Positions 37,301 through 50,400 of a DNA stretch of 64,000 bases are shown here, piece by piece. The DNA is from Anthoceros angustus (Eukaryota; Plantae; Anthocerotophyta). The position numbers were made by a program, and so were the translations under genes. Where the stretch lies: contig VJWM01000144.1 in the NCBI GenBank assembly GCA_010909165.1, positions 124,001 through 188,000 of the forward strand, written 5' to 3'. The notes under the pieces are model-generated. The model was not told the DNA's origin, searched no databases, and saw nothing but the letters and a program-made list of their open reading frames with translations. How positions within the stretch are numbered: the stretch's first letter is position 1; every line of letters begins with the position of its first letter.

Positions 37301-40300
37301 AGATGCCTCACAAACCAAACACTCGCAGATGCTTGTAGGATGGTTTCTTTCCGCACTATAGCTCCGAACTCGCCATCACTTTTATTAGGAGATCTAATAA
37401 GATGAACTGCAGAGACATCGCTCGCCCAAAACCCATTAGGCAATCCAGTTTGACAACAAAACCACGCATCCTCTCCGAATGGTTCTGCTCATCCGCCACA
37501 CCATTTTGTGGAGGAGAGTAGCAATTTCTCTTTGATTCCCTTGGAATCATGTAATGACCGAAAGCTGAAACATACTTCCACCATTATCCGCCCTTAGACA
37601 CTTCAATCGGTGGCTGATCGATTCTCTACAAGGGTGACAAAATTTCAAACACCGCCGAACTTCATCCTTTTTCCTCAAAGGATAAACCCACACCTTGCGT
37701 GAGAAAATCATCTATGAAAAGTGACAAAATAGAGGCACCGCCTAATGATGCAGAGGCATAGGTCCACATACATCGTGAACCAACTCAAGAGGTTTACTCT
37801 ACTTTTACCTCGTGTTCGATGTGATGATTTTGTCTGCTTCCCATATAAGCAGTGCTCACACATCGAGAGATCGAGAAGTTAAGAACAGGATATAACGAGC
37901 GAGATAAAACCTTCATTCCCTTCGATGTCTGCAGAGATGGTCGCCCATGTTCATTTAATCGTTGTTTAACGAATGGCATGCACTAACGACATGGGCATCA
38001 TTTCCATTGAAAACAATGGTCTACCCGTAGGTCAAATCCTTCGCTCACCATTGTAAGCCGCTAAAATATATAAAATTCTCTCGACACCCTAATTGTGTGC
38101 CTTCTTCAGGTATGCTCAAATACACATTTCAATGCCCATCGAAAACCCCTGCTTGCATATATTCACGTCAAAAGCCGCTTGATGTATATTCACCGCTTCA
38201 AATATTATGTTCCATAAAGGCTCTTCCTCAACTCGCATACACCGATGCTCTTTGCCCTTCTCAACAAAACCTTCCGTTGCCGCAGACGCCTCTTGAAGGT
38301 CACCATGCAAGAATGCCGTCTTGACATCCATCCGTATAAGTTCCATATCATCCGCAACCAAAGCAAGAACACATCGCAGTTGTCATTTTGACTCGTGAGA
38401 AAATCTCATCAAAGTCAATGCCTGTTGTTGCTTGAAACCCTTAGCAACCAATCGTGCCTTGTACTTTGGTTTGCCATCAAGCGGTATGACCTTCATCTTG
38501 TACACCCATTTGCATGGTAGTGCCTTCTTATCCTAGGCAACTAACCAACTCCCAAGTTTGGTTCTTATGCAATAATTCATTTCGATCGCATGGCCTTCTC
38601 CCACTTCTCTTTGTTACTCATTGACATGGCCTCTTTGTAAGAAGAGGGTTCCCCACAATCTGTCAAGATAACATAATCCAGATGGATCATACCCGTGAGG
38701 TCGTGTAATCCCGCCTCGACCACGAAGATGCACCTCTATAGGTGCTTGTTCGACTCTTGGTTCATCGGTGGAGGAATGTGCTCCACATTACCACTATCAA
38801 CCCGCCCATGATGATCATGTCCATCTTCTTGGAAGATCACCCTTCGCACCTCCACAGGTTGGAGTAGGCTTCCTGCATCTTGTTCTCATTGAAGAACACG
38901 TCGTTAGTACGAACAACCTTTCTAGCCTCGGATCCCACAAACGGTATCCCATCTCACCGAATCACCATAGCCAAGAAAAATACATTTCTTGGACTTAGGT
39001 GCCAACTTGTCCCGAAACTCTTTTGGAACATGGCGGTATGCCTCACAAACCAAACACTCGCAGATGCTTGTAGGATGGTTTCTTTTCCGCACTATAGCTC
39101 CGAACTCGCCATCACTTTTATTAGGAGATCTAATAAGATGAACTGCAGAGACATCGCTCGCCCAAAACCCATTAGGCAATCCGAGTTTGACAACAAAACC
39201 ACGCATCCTCTCCGAATGGTTCTGCTCATCCGCCACACCATTTTGTGGAGGAGTATCAATTCTCTTTTGATTCCCTTGGAATCATGTAATGACCGAAAGC
39301 TGAAACATACTTCCACCATTATCCGCCCTTAGACACTTCAATCGGTGGCTGATCGATTCTCGGTGACAAATTTCAAACACCGCCGAACTTCATCCTTTTT
39401 CCTCAAAGGATAAACCCACACCTTGCGTGAGAAATCATCTATGAAAGTGACAAAATAGGAGGCACCGCCTAATGATGCAGAGGCATAGGTCCACATACAT
39501 CGTGAACCAACTCAAGAGGTTTACTCCTACTTTTACCTCTTGTTCGATGTGATGATTTTGTCTGCTTCCCATATAAACAAAGGCTCACACATCGAGAGAT
39601 CGAGAAGATATAATAACGAGATAAAACCTTCATTCCCTTCTCGAGACATATGTCCTAACAAGCAATGCCACAAGGAAACATTTGGGCTGCTCACACGCAG
39701 ATCACATGATCTTTGATGTGTTTACAAGTGAGTACAAAGTGCCACACTTGATCCACGAGCTAACACAAGAGAACCTTTGGAGATCTTCCAAGAGTGATCC
39801 CCAAACCAGAAGTGGTAACCAAAGATCATCCAAGTGTCTGCGCTAATCATGCTCTTTGTCAACTTCGGAACATGCCTAACGTCCTTCAGCATGAATGAAG
39901 ATCCGTTGTCAAACTTGAGTTGCACATCACCTACGCCTGCGATCTGGCATGCGTAGTTATTTCCAAGCCTAACGCATCCTTTCCTTGTAGCATCATACGT
40001 GCTAAACCACTCTCTATGAGGAGTAACATGGAAAGATGCACCAGAGTCAATTATCCAATTGCAGAATAAATGACTATCCACGGCTGTTAATTGTGCAGCA
40101 TTCAAGTAAGAAGAGATAAGGACATCTCCGTCCTCAACAGAATTTAACTCTTCCAACCTGACATTCGAAGTCGCCTTCTTGTCGTCCTGCTTCTTCTCTT
40201 TTCCTTGGTCCTTTTTGAACTTCTCGCACTCTCTTTTGAAGTGACCCCTTTTGTGACAATAGTGACACTCCACATTCTTGTTACGACTACGAGATTTGCT

Positions 40301-41709
40301 ACGAGAGAAGCTCCGGTTGCTTCCCTTCGCGGTGGACCTCCCTCTCACTATGAGGGCCTTTGGAACCTTTGGAAGGTTCCATGTTTTTCCTGTTCACCTC
40401 CTCAGTTAACAGGCTACCTTCTACATTTACAATGGTAAGACCACTAGCGAGGCATTACTCGGAGGCATGCAGGTGTCCCAACTCTCGTAATGTGACCAAT
40501 GAAACATAGCTCTCAGAATCAGGATGATACCTTGAGATGAGAGGGCTGAAAATGGTATTGAAATCATTCGGATGATCGGACATCCTCGTCCCTTCCTTCA
40601 TCTTCAAGTCCACCTTTGTTTCAACCAATACACCGAGAAGCCGCACTTTGCTTCTCATACAGGTCACACAGCTTCTGCCACAGTCCGTAACTCGTGGTCT
40701 TATCTTTCACATTGAAGTACACCTTTTTTTGACAATGTTAGCATGATAGTAGATCTAGCAAGCTCATCCAGTCCCGCCACTCATCCCGAGTCATACTATC
40801 CGTTTGACGCCTAACAACTTTATGGGCTTGATGCTTTTACGCACTAGAACATTATACACTTGTTCTTTTCCAACGGAAGTTAGTACCATCTAACTTCTCG
40901 ATATTGAACATGACGTTTTCTGATGATGAAGACATCATGACTCAAAAATCGATACAGATAAAACACTCGACTCGCCTTGTCAGAAAAGTCAAAGAAAAGC
41001 GATCCGTGCGGTTGTGTATTTTGCCGTTGACTATTCCACCTGAGTATTCCGCCGAATATTTCGAAATTTCTCGCCACGCGTTGCGCCGCGGCTCGGGTCT
41101 TGCGGCGTGCCGCGCGCGTCGCGCACGCCACAGCGCCAGCGTGCGCGCGCCCAGCGGCAGCGCCCGCGGGCGGCCCCGCCGCGTTGGCCCGGCGGGCGCG
41201 GCCGTCGCCCGCGCGGCGCCCATGCGCCCGCCCCGCGGCCCAGCGCCCCGTGTCCGCCGGCCTCCGCCCGGCTCGCGGCGCCCGGCGCCGCCGGCCTCCG
41301 GCCGGCCACCATGACGCGGCCCCGCGCAGCGGTCGCCGGCTGCCTGGCGCTCGGCCGCCCGCCCGGCTCGCTGCGCGGCGTTTGCCTCGCGCGGTGGATC
41401 ACCAATTCCACGCGTTGCCGACCTGCGCTAGAAAATTCTAGCACAACACAACCAAACCATGGCTCGATACCGCTTGAAGGATCGTGTGGCAACACATGAT
41501 GGTGGAAAGAGGAGAGGAGAGGAGGAGGCAAGTGTAGCTCTCACATTGAGATGAGGCTTGGAGGTATTTATACCTCCAATAGGGCTCCTAGGAAGCTCCA
41601 CAAGAAGCCCTAGGAAGGAGCACAAGAAGCTTCCTAGTGATTAGCTTCAGCTAAACTAATGATACTTAACTGACACCTAACTTAGACTAAGTGTATTAGT
41701 CTAAGTACA
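34373..41709 (-). mobile_element. Ty1/copia LTR retrotransposon, 3'-truncated in RT, with the integrase-RT segment present three times
   Basis: Gag start near 40938 (MFNIEKLDGTNF); ORF 39722-40348 has a CCHC knuckle and protease DSGAS; integrase TFIDDFSRKVWVY and QNGVAER-like motifs; [27 protein letters not shown] then cut off. No RNase H or 3' LTR seen. Confidence 0.9.
41462..41709 (-). mobile_element. Putative 5' LTR (41475-41709) and degenerate tRNA-iMet PBS (41462-41472) of the minus-strand Copia
   Basis: GCTCGATACC is close to the reverse complement of TGGTATCAGAGC; TG...CA termini; TATAAATA on the minus strand inside GGAGGT...ACCTCC (41560-41577). Confidence 0.65.
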
Positions 41710-41799
41710 TTGGGCTTTAATACCCTTACAATAGGTACATAATGTGACCAAAGTGCTGGAAGATTGCAACCCGAACTTCCCAGTTCCGGACCTTCAACA

Positions 41800-43040
41800 A
41801 CAAATGTCGTAACCAGGACTTTCTGAAATACCACAAGTATAACAACACTGGAACTATCATGCCCCATACATTATGATGGCTGCAATTTATACAGCTGCAT
41901 TGTCTACCAGAAAGGCACTCAGTTGCCATTCCGGGCAGGGCCTACCAATATGGTCCTTAAAAGCTTGCAACCAAGACTGAATATCTAATGCTGTCCCACA
42001 ATCTAGGCAACAGGCACTCCGTTATAGTAACTATCAAACACCAAAAGCGTGTACGGGTGAATTTTTTATTTGTTGGTCCCGAACGTGGCATCCATGGATA
42101 TGACATTCCCATTCCCAAACTGCAGAATCATGGAACGCTGGAAATCAGTTTGCAACCCAATCACTAAGGGGGAGGAAACAGAATGCTATCAGACAAGGTC
42201 CTCGTGAGCCTCTATCCACAAACCAACACTAATCTCATCGTTGGGGTGATACTGATAGAACCCCGTAAACAATTGAGAGGCTATGTTGTTAATGTCGTGT
42301 GGCTGTAAAAAATCATCGCGACAAGGTTCATAATCACTAGCTTGTGCTTTCAATTCTACTTGCTCCACATGCTCGAGGTATATCTGCCTCTTTGTTACAC
42401 CAGCAAATAGACGCTGCCTCACAGCAGCACGGATGTCCTCACTTAAACGGGCAGCAAACCTTGAGCGAGGGTCTGCAGTATAGTGAAGTCCGTGGCAGAT
42501 TTGTCCAGATTGGTTTACATGTTCAGATGAATCACAAAACAAAACTGCCAGTTGTGGCCAGATAGCAAGCTGCTTCACATCAAAGTGGTACTAGCAACCA
42601 TGTTTGATACTCTGACCTCTCAAGATCTTGGCTTTCCATTTTCCTACACTGCTTGAAGCCTGTTTTGCTGCATTATCATCACGAAGATCAGCTTTCCCAA
42701 ATGCACACCAGTATTTTGTGTGGCACAAATAAGCCCAAACATTAGTTTTACGGCTGTTGTTGGAGGCAGCTTGCTTCTTATCCGTCTCCTTCCAAAAGTA
42801 TGTGGGAGCTGCGAATTCTTGCCTTCTCCTAACACCAAGTCATACACCCTGTTCCATGGCCATTATTCCAAATCTAGAGATACCGGGCACGCAATCCTTA
42901 GAAGCAACCTCATATCGTCTTGCTATCACAGTGGGTGAAAACTTCAGATGTTGCATGTTGAACAAGCCACCTGGCGGCTTTTGCACCTCCCAACTGTAGG
43001 GAAGATCTTCAATCTCCATCTTAGTTGCCATTGCAAGTCA
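41800..43040 (-). mobile_element. Degraded MULE/Mutator-like transposase remnant
   Basis: KYWCAFG near 42700; RDDFLQPHDINNIA...YHPNDEISVGLWIE in ORF 42189-42578; VISMDATFGTNK near 42070-42105, typical of the plant MULE first catalytic Asp region. Confidence 0.7.
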
Positions 43041-43818
43041 CAATTCGGTGTTCAGAACACGGGCTGCACGGAGATATTACTTAATCGAGTTCAGTCCAGT
43101 GTGAAGTGAACCCGTCAAAAATGATGCTTACTTTCCATTTCAAATGGAAACATGTTTTAGGATTTGTTTCGCCTCTGCAATTTACGGGTTCTGTATGACA
43201 TGCATGCCCAGAGCAAGTACACATGGTCATAGCATGAGCTCATGCTCATGACATGAGGCATGAAATGAACCGTTTGGCGCCGAAAATCGGCAGGCCGTGC
43301 CGGTGGCAACGGAGAGGAGAGAGACTGAGTGGTGGGCCCCACTAGATCAAGGCAACCTCGCATTAAACCCCCGACGAACTATGGTGACCGGGTTCGCGAA
43401 TCGACTCAAAAGGAAAAAGCGTTCTCGCGTTTAAGGGCGGCCTGCAAGCGATGCCCCATCGCCGGCGAGGCATGGGGGCATCCTCCATGATGGAACATGG
43501 ATGGATCTGGTGAACGTACGTATGTACCGGGAACGAGCGGGCAGATCTTGGGGAGGGCTGCATGCCTCGGGAGGAGAGCTCCAATTACTACAAATTTGTA
43601 GTGCTGATTTGGAACGCTCGCCAGTAGTTAGCAACTGCAACTCGAGGGGAGAGTTTTGTTCAGCATAGGACAAGGTAGGTAACGGCAATCGCGGAGTAGC
43701 TCATCTGCATCTATGTTGGATCGCCTCACCTTCTGAGAGCCCTTCGAACATTCCTATCCCAGGTTGTGAGTTTATCCGCCAAAACACCGCCGCCAACAAT
43801 TGATGACCTGCCCGAATT

Positions 43819-44169
43819 CGTTACTGAATCCTGAATCCTACGCTACTCGTTACGCTATTCAATCCTGAATCCTACGCTATTCGTTACGCTATTCAATCCT
43901 GAATCCTACGCTCTTCGTTACGCCATCAATCCTGAATCCTACGCTATTCGTTACGCCATTCAATCCGGAATTCTACGCTATATTCAATCCAGAATCCTAC
44001 GCTGTTCGTTACGCCATTCAATCCTGAATCCTACGCTATTCGTTACGCTATTCAATCCTGAATCCTACGCTATTCGTTACGCTATTCAATCCTGAATCCT
44101 ACGCTATTCGTTACGCTATTCAATCCTGAATCCTACGCTATTCGTTACGCTATTCAATCCTGAATCCTC
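43819..44169. repeat. 34-bp minisatellite (about 10 units) upstream of copy 3
   Basis: Same unit as 13598-13740, with a few variant units. Confidence 0.92.
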
Positions 44170-44441
44170 GACAGCGTTACCTGAGTCCTGAGTTGTCTTC
44201 CCTTCCAGTCTTCCAGTGTCCACCTAGTCGCGAATTGCCGGGCCAAAACCACGACGACTGCTTCTTGTGCTTGCAGCCGTTTTCTGAGTTGCTGGGATCT
44301 GCAGGCAGAGCTCGTCAAGCTCGTGAGGTAGGTTGGTTGAGAGCTTGATTCATGACGCTACTTCACTTGTCTGCGGTTTAGCCATCGAAGCACACTGACT
44401 GACACGTACCCTTGCTTGAAGCAGCAGGTTCCGGAGCTGTC

Positions 44442-47400
44442 ATGGGAGGAGGTCCGACGGAACCGTTGGAGGAAGTGGGAATTGAGCGACGATGACAGTG
44501 TGGCTCCCACGCGGCCTGACACCGAAAGAGGTCTTGCTGACCCAGGGGACTCCAGATCAGTGATGACCTTTTCGGCGCCAGGAAGGGACGCGGCAGTGAC
44601 GTTCCCTCCGGTGTGTGCTGGATCCTCACCTGCCAGGCCGGCCGTTGAGACGCTCGACTCCCTCGTTTTGAGATGTGAGGAAGGGAGAATGATGCATTGG
44701 ACAGAATGGAGTGCGATTCTCCTGTTGTTGTTGTTTCTGAGCCTTTTTGGGGTTGAGGCCGTTGCTAATGAAACCGCACGCCTGACGGACTTGGAGGATG
44801 TCGGAGAGGAGCTTGAAGGTGTCCCTCGGAATGTCGTGCGAGAGGTTGGAAAGGTGTCACCTGATGCTGGCAGCGATGCAACTGTAGAGGGCCCCACTTT
44901 GCACAGGTTCATGCACGTCAGGGCGGACAAGCTGGACCAGAGCTTTGTTGAGAAGGTCATCTTACCTCCGGATGAGATTGAGAAATTCTGCAATCACGTC
45001 AGGCTCAACTCAGCGGCATGCCGTGATGGAAAGACGCTGCTGGATTTCAATGCCTTGAACTATGCGTCTGTCCACGTTGTAGGACTGTATGGAAGTAAGA
45101 AGGTGCTCGCTCGAATTTTCTCGAAGCTTGGGTTTCAGAGCGTGGTGTCGTCGATGCTTGGCCCTCTGGATGTAGGGATTTATGGCTTTCTTCATCAGGG
45201 CGTATTGTTCATTTTCTATTGGCATGAGGGTGAACGAATGCTGGAGGCCTCCAGGAAGGACGTGTCTTGCAACTTCATTCGTTGTGTTGCAGACTTATGT
45301 GCGACTGTCTACATCTGCCTGGACGATGAAAACGATGTGGCCTTGTCGCTCATGACCTCCGGGCGCTCTATTGCTGCCTCTAAAACGCAGCGTACGCAGA
45401 GGGTGCAGATATCAGTGGTCAGGAGTCAGAGAACGATGTGAAGCTGCGCAAGGGCTTTCACAATCGTACTTTATTCTTCTCGAGAGAAGCCAGGCAATGT
45501 CCAGCCATCTTCCTGCTCGGAGCCAAGTCTCAGACTTGCTGGCGGTCTCCACCGTTGCGCTTTTCTCACTTCATCAGTTGTCCCTCCTAAGAAAATTGAG
45601 ACGAGTCATCACAAGGTATTGGAGTTTCAACACTTGGCGCAGGTTGTTGAGGAATGGTCGGGCCTCTTCAATCTTGACTTCACTCAGCTAGATTACCTCG
45701 AATTTGGCCTGTTTTAGAACATGCGGGTCTTGAAGGAAGCAGAGACTATCGCTTGCTCAGGAGTCCCTCGAAGCAAGAAGAAAAGCTCAACATGGAAAGT
45801 TCTACGAGGTGGAGAAGCTTTTACAAGAGAAAGAAGAGATGCTTCTGAGCATCTTCAGCGGAGCTCAGCAAGCGTACTTGAAGCTCTATCACCCATGGGC
45901 AGAGAATCTGGTTGCTGCCTCTGAGGTTCACCCTTGTGGTGTTGCCTCCTTATGCACGGAGTGTTCGTTTGAACCGAATGATCTGTTTGAGGCAGAAGCG
46001 GCCCTGGTTAACATCTGGACAGGTGATGGTGGCTTTCAACCAGGAGAAGATTCTCAATGTTTCATTTTTGTGGGCACAGAATTCCGTATGAGAAATGCCG
46101 ACGGGACTACAGTGCTAAACAAGTACAGTTACATTGACAAATTCATCGTGCATCGAATTTCCTCAAAACGGTCTTCAAGATCGGCAGGGCCGATCCATTA
46201 TGGGGAGGAATTTGTGGTCAGACCCGAAGGTGCTGGAGCAGAGAACGATCTAGAGCTGACATGCAAGGCTGTGAAGGAGGATTTCCCTGAAGGTCCAGTT
46301 TTGACGTCTCGAATTATGGAAGTCACCATCAACCATGTCGGTACCCGAATTCGAAGTCATAAGAACTTCAAAGTGATGCTTATCAAAGGAAAACCTTCAG
46401 GCGAAGGGATGCTAACATGGATGGACGCATATGGCCAGCCTGCTGTGCTTCCTATCGGGGAAGAATCGGTGCTCTGGTCTCTGCACTCAAAAACCTTCGT
46501 TTAACAGTGATGGCATCCGTTCTCGAGTTTTACACTATGCACAGGAGATCGTGATGTCGTCCGATCTTTTCAGCCTGTTCAAGGAGCGATTTTCAATACA
46601 ATTTTCTGGCGCAGATTCTGATGGAAAACTCGGAATGCTGCAGGAGAGGTGTATCTGAGAGGACCTCTCAGGCCGTGGAAGCTCCGATCGACAAGTTCAC
46701 CCCTGAGGAGGAGGAACTACTGCTGGTACTGGTGCGAAGGGTTTACGTTCAAGCCCGTGCTGAATTTTCGAGCGCATTAGAGACAATGGTGAAGAAAGAA
46801 GTAGTCCCTTGTTGAAGAAGAAGATCGAGTTTGAAGCAAAGCGTAACACTAACTTCTTCAAGCAGTCCTTCCAAAAGGAGGAAAGGCAATTCCTGACCAG
46901 GTTACAAGAGCAGCTGTCCAGGGGACACTTCGAGAACATTGTTTGTCCGTCCGAAGGTGTACCCTTCAGCGTGGTCAGAAAGAATCCGTCGTTGCTAAAG
47001 CTGTCAATTTTCTTTCAGGCCGCGGTGACAAGCTGCAGGTTTATTTTGTGTCAGAGCAAACAGACAGTCAGCGAATCGCCTGGAACATAGCCGAGCTTAC
47101 ACCAATGAAGAAGGACCTGGACGCTGCCATGTGCAATTCCGGGCACCTCATCATTCCCCAGTGTTCGGAAAACTGCAGGTTGATTGAGGTCGATCCACAC
47201 TCAGAGAGGCTATTTCAAGTAGTTGCGGTGAAATCTGGTGAAGTTTTAGTGTTTGTGGAGGATCTTAAAGAGCCAGCACTTCATCTCTACCTGCTCCCGA
47301 GCTTGGGTGTAGAGATACAAGGCATGAATCCCGTCAAGAGATTCAAAAGGGGTTACGACCTTGTGGCAGTGGATGAAGTTTCAAAACTTGTTGGTTTGTA

Positions 47401-50400
47401 TGATAGGGGATTGGCCAGAATTGACATCCTGCGCCTTGATGAATCCTTCCGCCACATGGACTGGTCTGGAGTTACGCTGAATCTTTCCGAGTACATCGGA
47501 ATGAGGTTCTTAACTTCGATGTCCTTCATCCCTGGCAGGAGAGAATTGGTGCTGGTGGACGAAGAATACAAAGTTCGGTGTTCGATATCAGCACTGCCAT
47601 GCTGAAGCCAGGGATATGCAGTTACCTGGTCCTGCCCATAAGATTTGTGTTTCCACAGATGGATCTTGTTTAATGGCCTTCTATAAGTCCCGTCCAGACG
47701 GACCTCCGGAAGCAGCAGAGGGGTTGACGGAAGCAGTGACCAGAGTGAACATAGAGAGCCTGGAATGGACGAGTCCGCTGAAGGTTCTTTAAAGATCGAG
47801 GTCTACTTGCTTGGCGAATCAGTATGTCATCTCAAGACACTCTACCTTGACTACGAAGTAACAGATGTAAGAAACATTGATGCAACCGTGGTAGCCTTCG
47901 GATCACAGGTCCATCTCGTACTTCTGGATGCGTCAAGGCCGGACAGAGGCATATGCTCAAACGTCATTGAGATCACAACGGCCTTGGACGTCTGCCAGGT
48001 GCAACATATGCACAAAGGTCGACAAACTGGCATTGCCTCTGAAAGCACTGAAAAGGGTGGCCGTGGCTGTCCGGCTTTGGACTACATATATCAGATATTT
48101 GAGAAGTATTCGACGAGTGCCCTCTCATCCAGAGGACAAGAGATTTGCATCTGCATGTGGTTTTGCTGGAGAATCCAAGGAAAGCCAGGAGGCCTTGACG
48201 CAAGGCTCTGTGACTTACATCAAAGGTTCCATGGACAGGCTGGCGAGAGATAAAGGGAAAGATTTCTCGCAGCTGAGGTTAGCTGTTTCCGCAGGCTCCG
48301 TGGATAGCTACATCGTCGATAACGTTCTTTTGGAGAGCACGGAAGGTAGAAACAGTGCGAATGTAGGAGACTGGATACGACTACTTGTTTGCCTCGTGCC
48401 AATTCAAGTAGCCTGAGCCGAGAACAATACCTTGCGGCCTTTGGTAGACGGTCTGCAAAATCCCAACCTGAATTATGCAGATGCACTGGGGCTTGCAGAG
48501 GCGCTACGATTTGGGTTCTACGACTCCGTGTTAGCCCATTGGTCTGGGGATATCAAAGTGATATCGTCCATGGGTAAGCAGAGCAGTGGCAAGTCCTACG
48601 TGCTCAACCATTTGGCTGGTTCGCTACTCGATGTGGCTGGAGGAAGATGCACAGACGGAGTATGGATGACTATGCGTGCATCGGAAGCTGCTTGTATGTT
48701 CTCCTTGACTTTGAGGGCCTGGGAAGCTTTGAGAGAAGCGAGCAGGAGGATATGCTCCTCTCTATTCTAAATGCAGCCGTGAGCAACATCACCATATTCA
48801 ATAAAAGGTATGACATCCAATCTGACATTGTCAATTCGGTAATGATCATGAGTGGTACCATAACACACAGGGCTAACTACATGATCTGGACAGGATTTTC
48901 ATCTGGACAGGAAACAGAAGCTGTCTTTGAGCGCTTTCAGAATGGCGTAAGCTTGGTGAAGCAGGACAGCCGGCTCTTTAAGGGCCTCTTCTATATGGCC
49001 ATCAAAGACGTGGATACATCAGACGTCAATGACTTGAAAGCAGAGTTCTTAGCGAAGATACAGCAAATATGTCACAAATCTCAGGACAACTTTCTTACAA
49101 AGATGTACGGAGGGGCAGTTGAGATAGCAGCGATGCCACCCTTCCAAAGGCCCGAATATCAGGAGAGTGTTGCCGAGATAGCTGCAACTGTAGAGGAATC
49201 GGAAGCTGTCCACCACAATGGCAACAGCCTCGCAGTAGACCTGAAGCTGGTAATAGCTCAGATAACTGCTAAGGATTGGTCTCCGATTGACTCAAGCGCT
49301 TAGCTTTAAAACTGGAGCTCCTGAAGAGACACATGACTGCAGCAGTTACTATGGGAAAGCTGATGAGCAAGGCAGACTATGTCCTGACAAACTTTGCAAC
49401 GCAGGAGGAAGTGGCTGATATCCCTGTTGAGGTTGATGGTATGGTCTTCCATCTTAGTGACACTGACTTGGAACTGTACCCTTACAAGGAGACTGAAGTG
49501 ATGGGTAACATTCTTCAAACTCTAAATCACTATTTTCAAGGAGTAGAGAAGCGGACCGGTGTGGATGATGACCGTTGGCACACGGCGTTCGAGAAATTTC
49601 TCATGGCATTGGCTGATAGACGGAGGAAGAGAATTATGGAATGGTTAAGATGCAACACAGCAGAGTTCCAGCAGGAGGATGGTGATGTTCAGAAGCTTCG
49701 TTTGGAAGCCATTGCCACATTGGCGGAGGTCAAGCAGAGTCTGTCCCTGTGTAGCAGCAAGTGCGAGAAGTGTTTTCTGAGATGCGTTCTTGATAAAGGT
49801 CATCCAGACCTGCATACCTGCAGGGGAACCATTACTGCTCGGCAGTCTGTACGTTTTGCCTTCAGGAGCAATCAACAGGCTTGCAGTCTAACGAGTGTTG
49901 CGATCTCTCGGGACATGAAGGCCCACACGACTGTAAGTCCCGGAGCCACACATGTGCGGAGTCTTGTTCTCTTCTCAAATCATCCAACTGCAACCGGACC
50001 TGTGCCATGAAGCCTGGACATGCTGGAGAGCACAGATGCAATACCAAGCAGCACGTGTGGGAACAAGTGTTCTCTATCGGAGTGCAGAAACCTCTGCACT
50101 TTCAGTGTTGATTGTGGAGAACACGATGAACATGTTTGTCATGAAAGGATGTGTCCCATGACGTGCATCGTGGACGGATGCAACAGGAAGTGTGGGTTCG
50201 AGGACCACTTTCATTCTCTTACCTCTGCTGGGCATTTCTGCGGTAACGAACACACTTGCAAGGCGCAGTGTGAGGATGATGGAATATGCGAGATTCTGAC
50301 AGAGGTGGTGAAGAAGTCCAAGGTTTTGTAGGGAAGCGATCTTCTTTTGAATACGAGCATGTGTCGGAGCAGAATGGGATCAGGAAAGGTTGCTGTATCG

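Noticed and set aside
40904-41531. Arg/Pro/Ala-rich ORFs on both strands
   Set aside because: By-product of extreme GC content in the Copia leader.
43713-43786. 74-bp insertion with TGTTGG...AAAACA ends as a mini solo-LTR
   Set aside because: No target-site duplication and no second copy in the window; kept only as an unexplained insertion.
43819-44169. CRISPR array (34-bp repeats; also 13598-13740)
   Set aside because: Units are contiguous with no unique spacers, there are no cas genes, and the context is eukaryotic.
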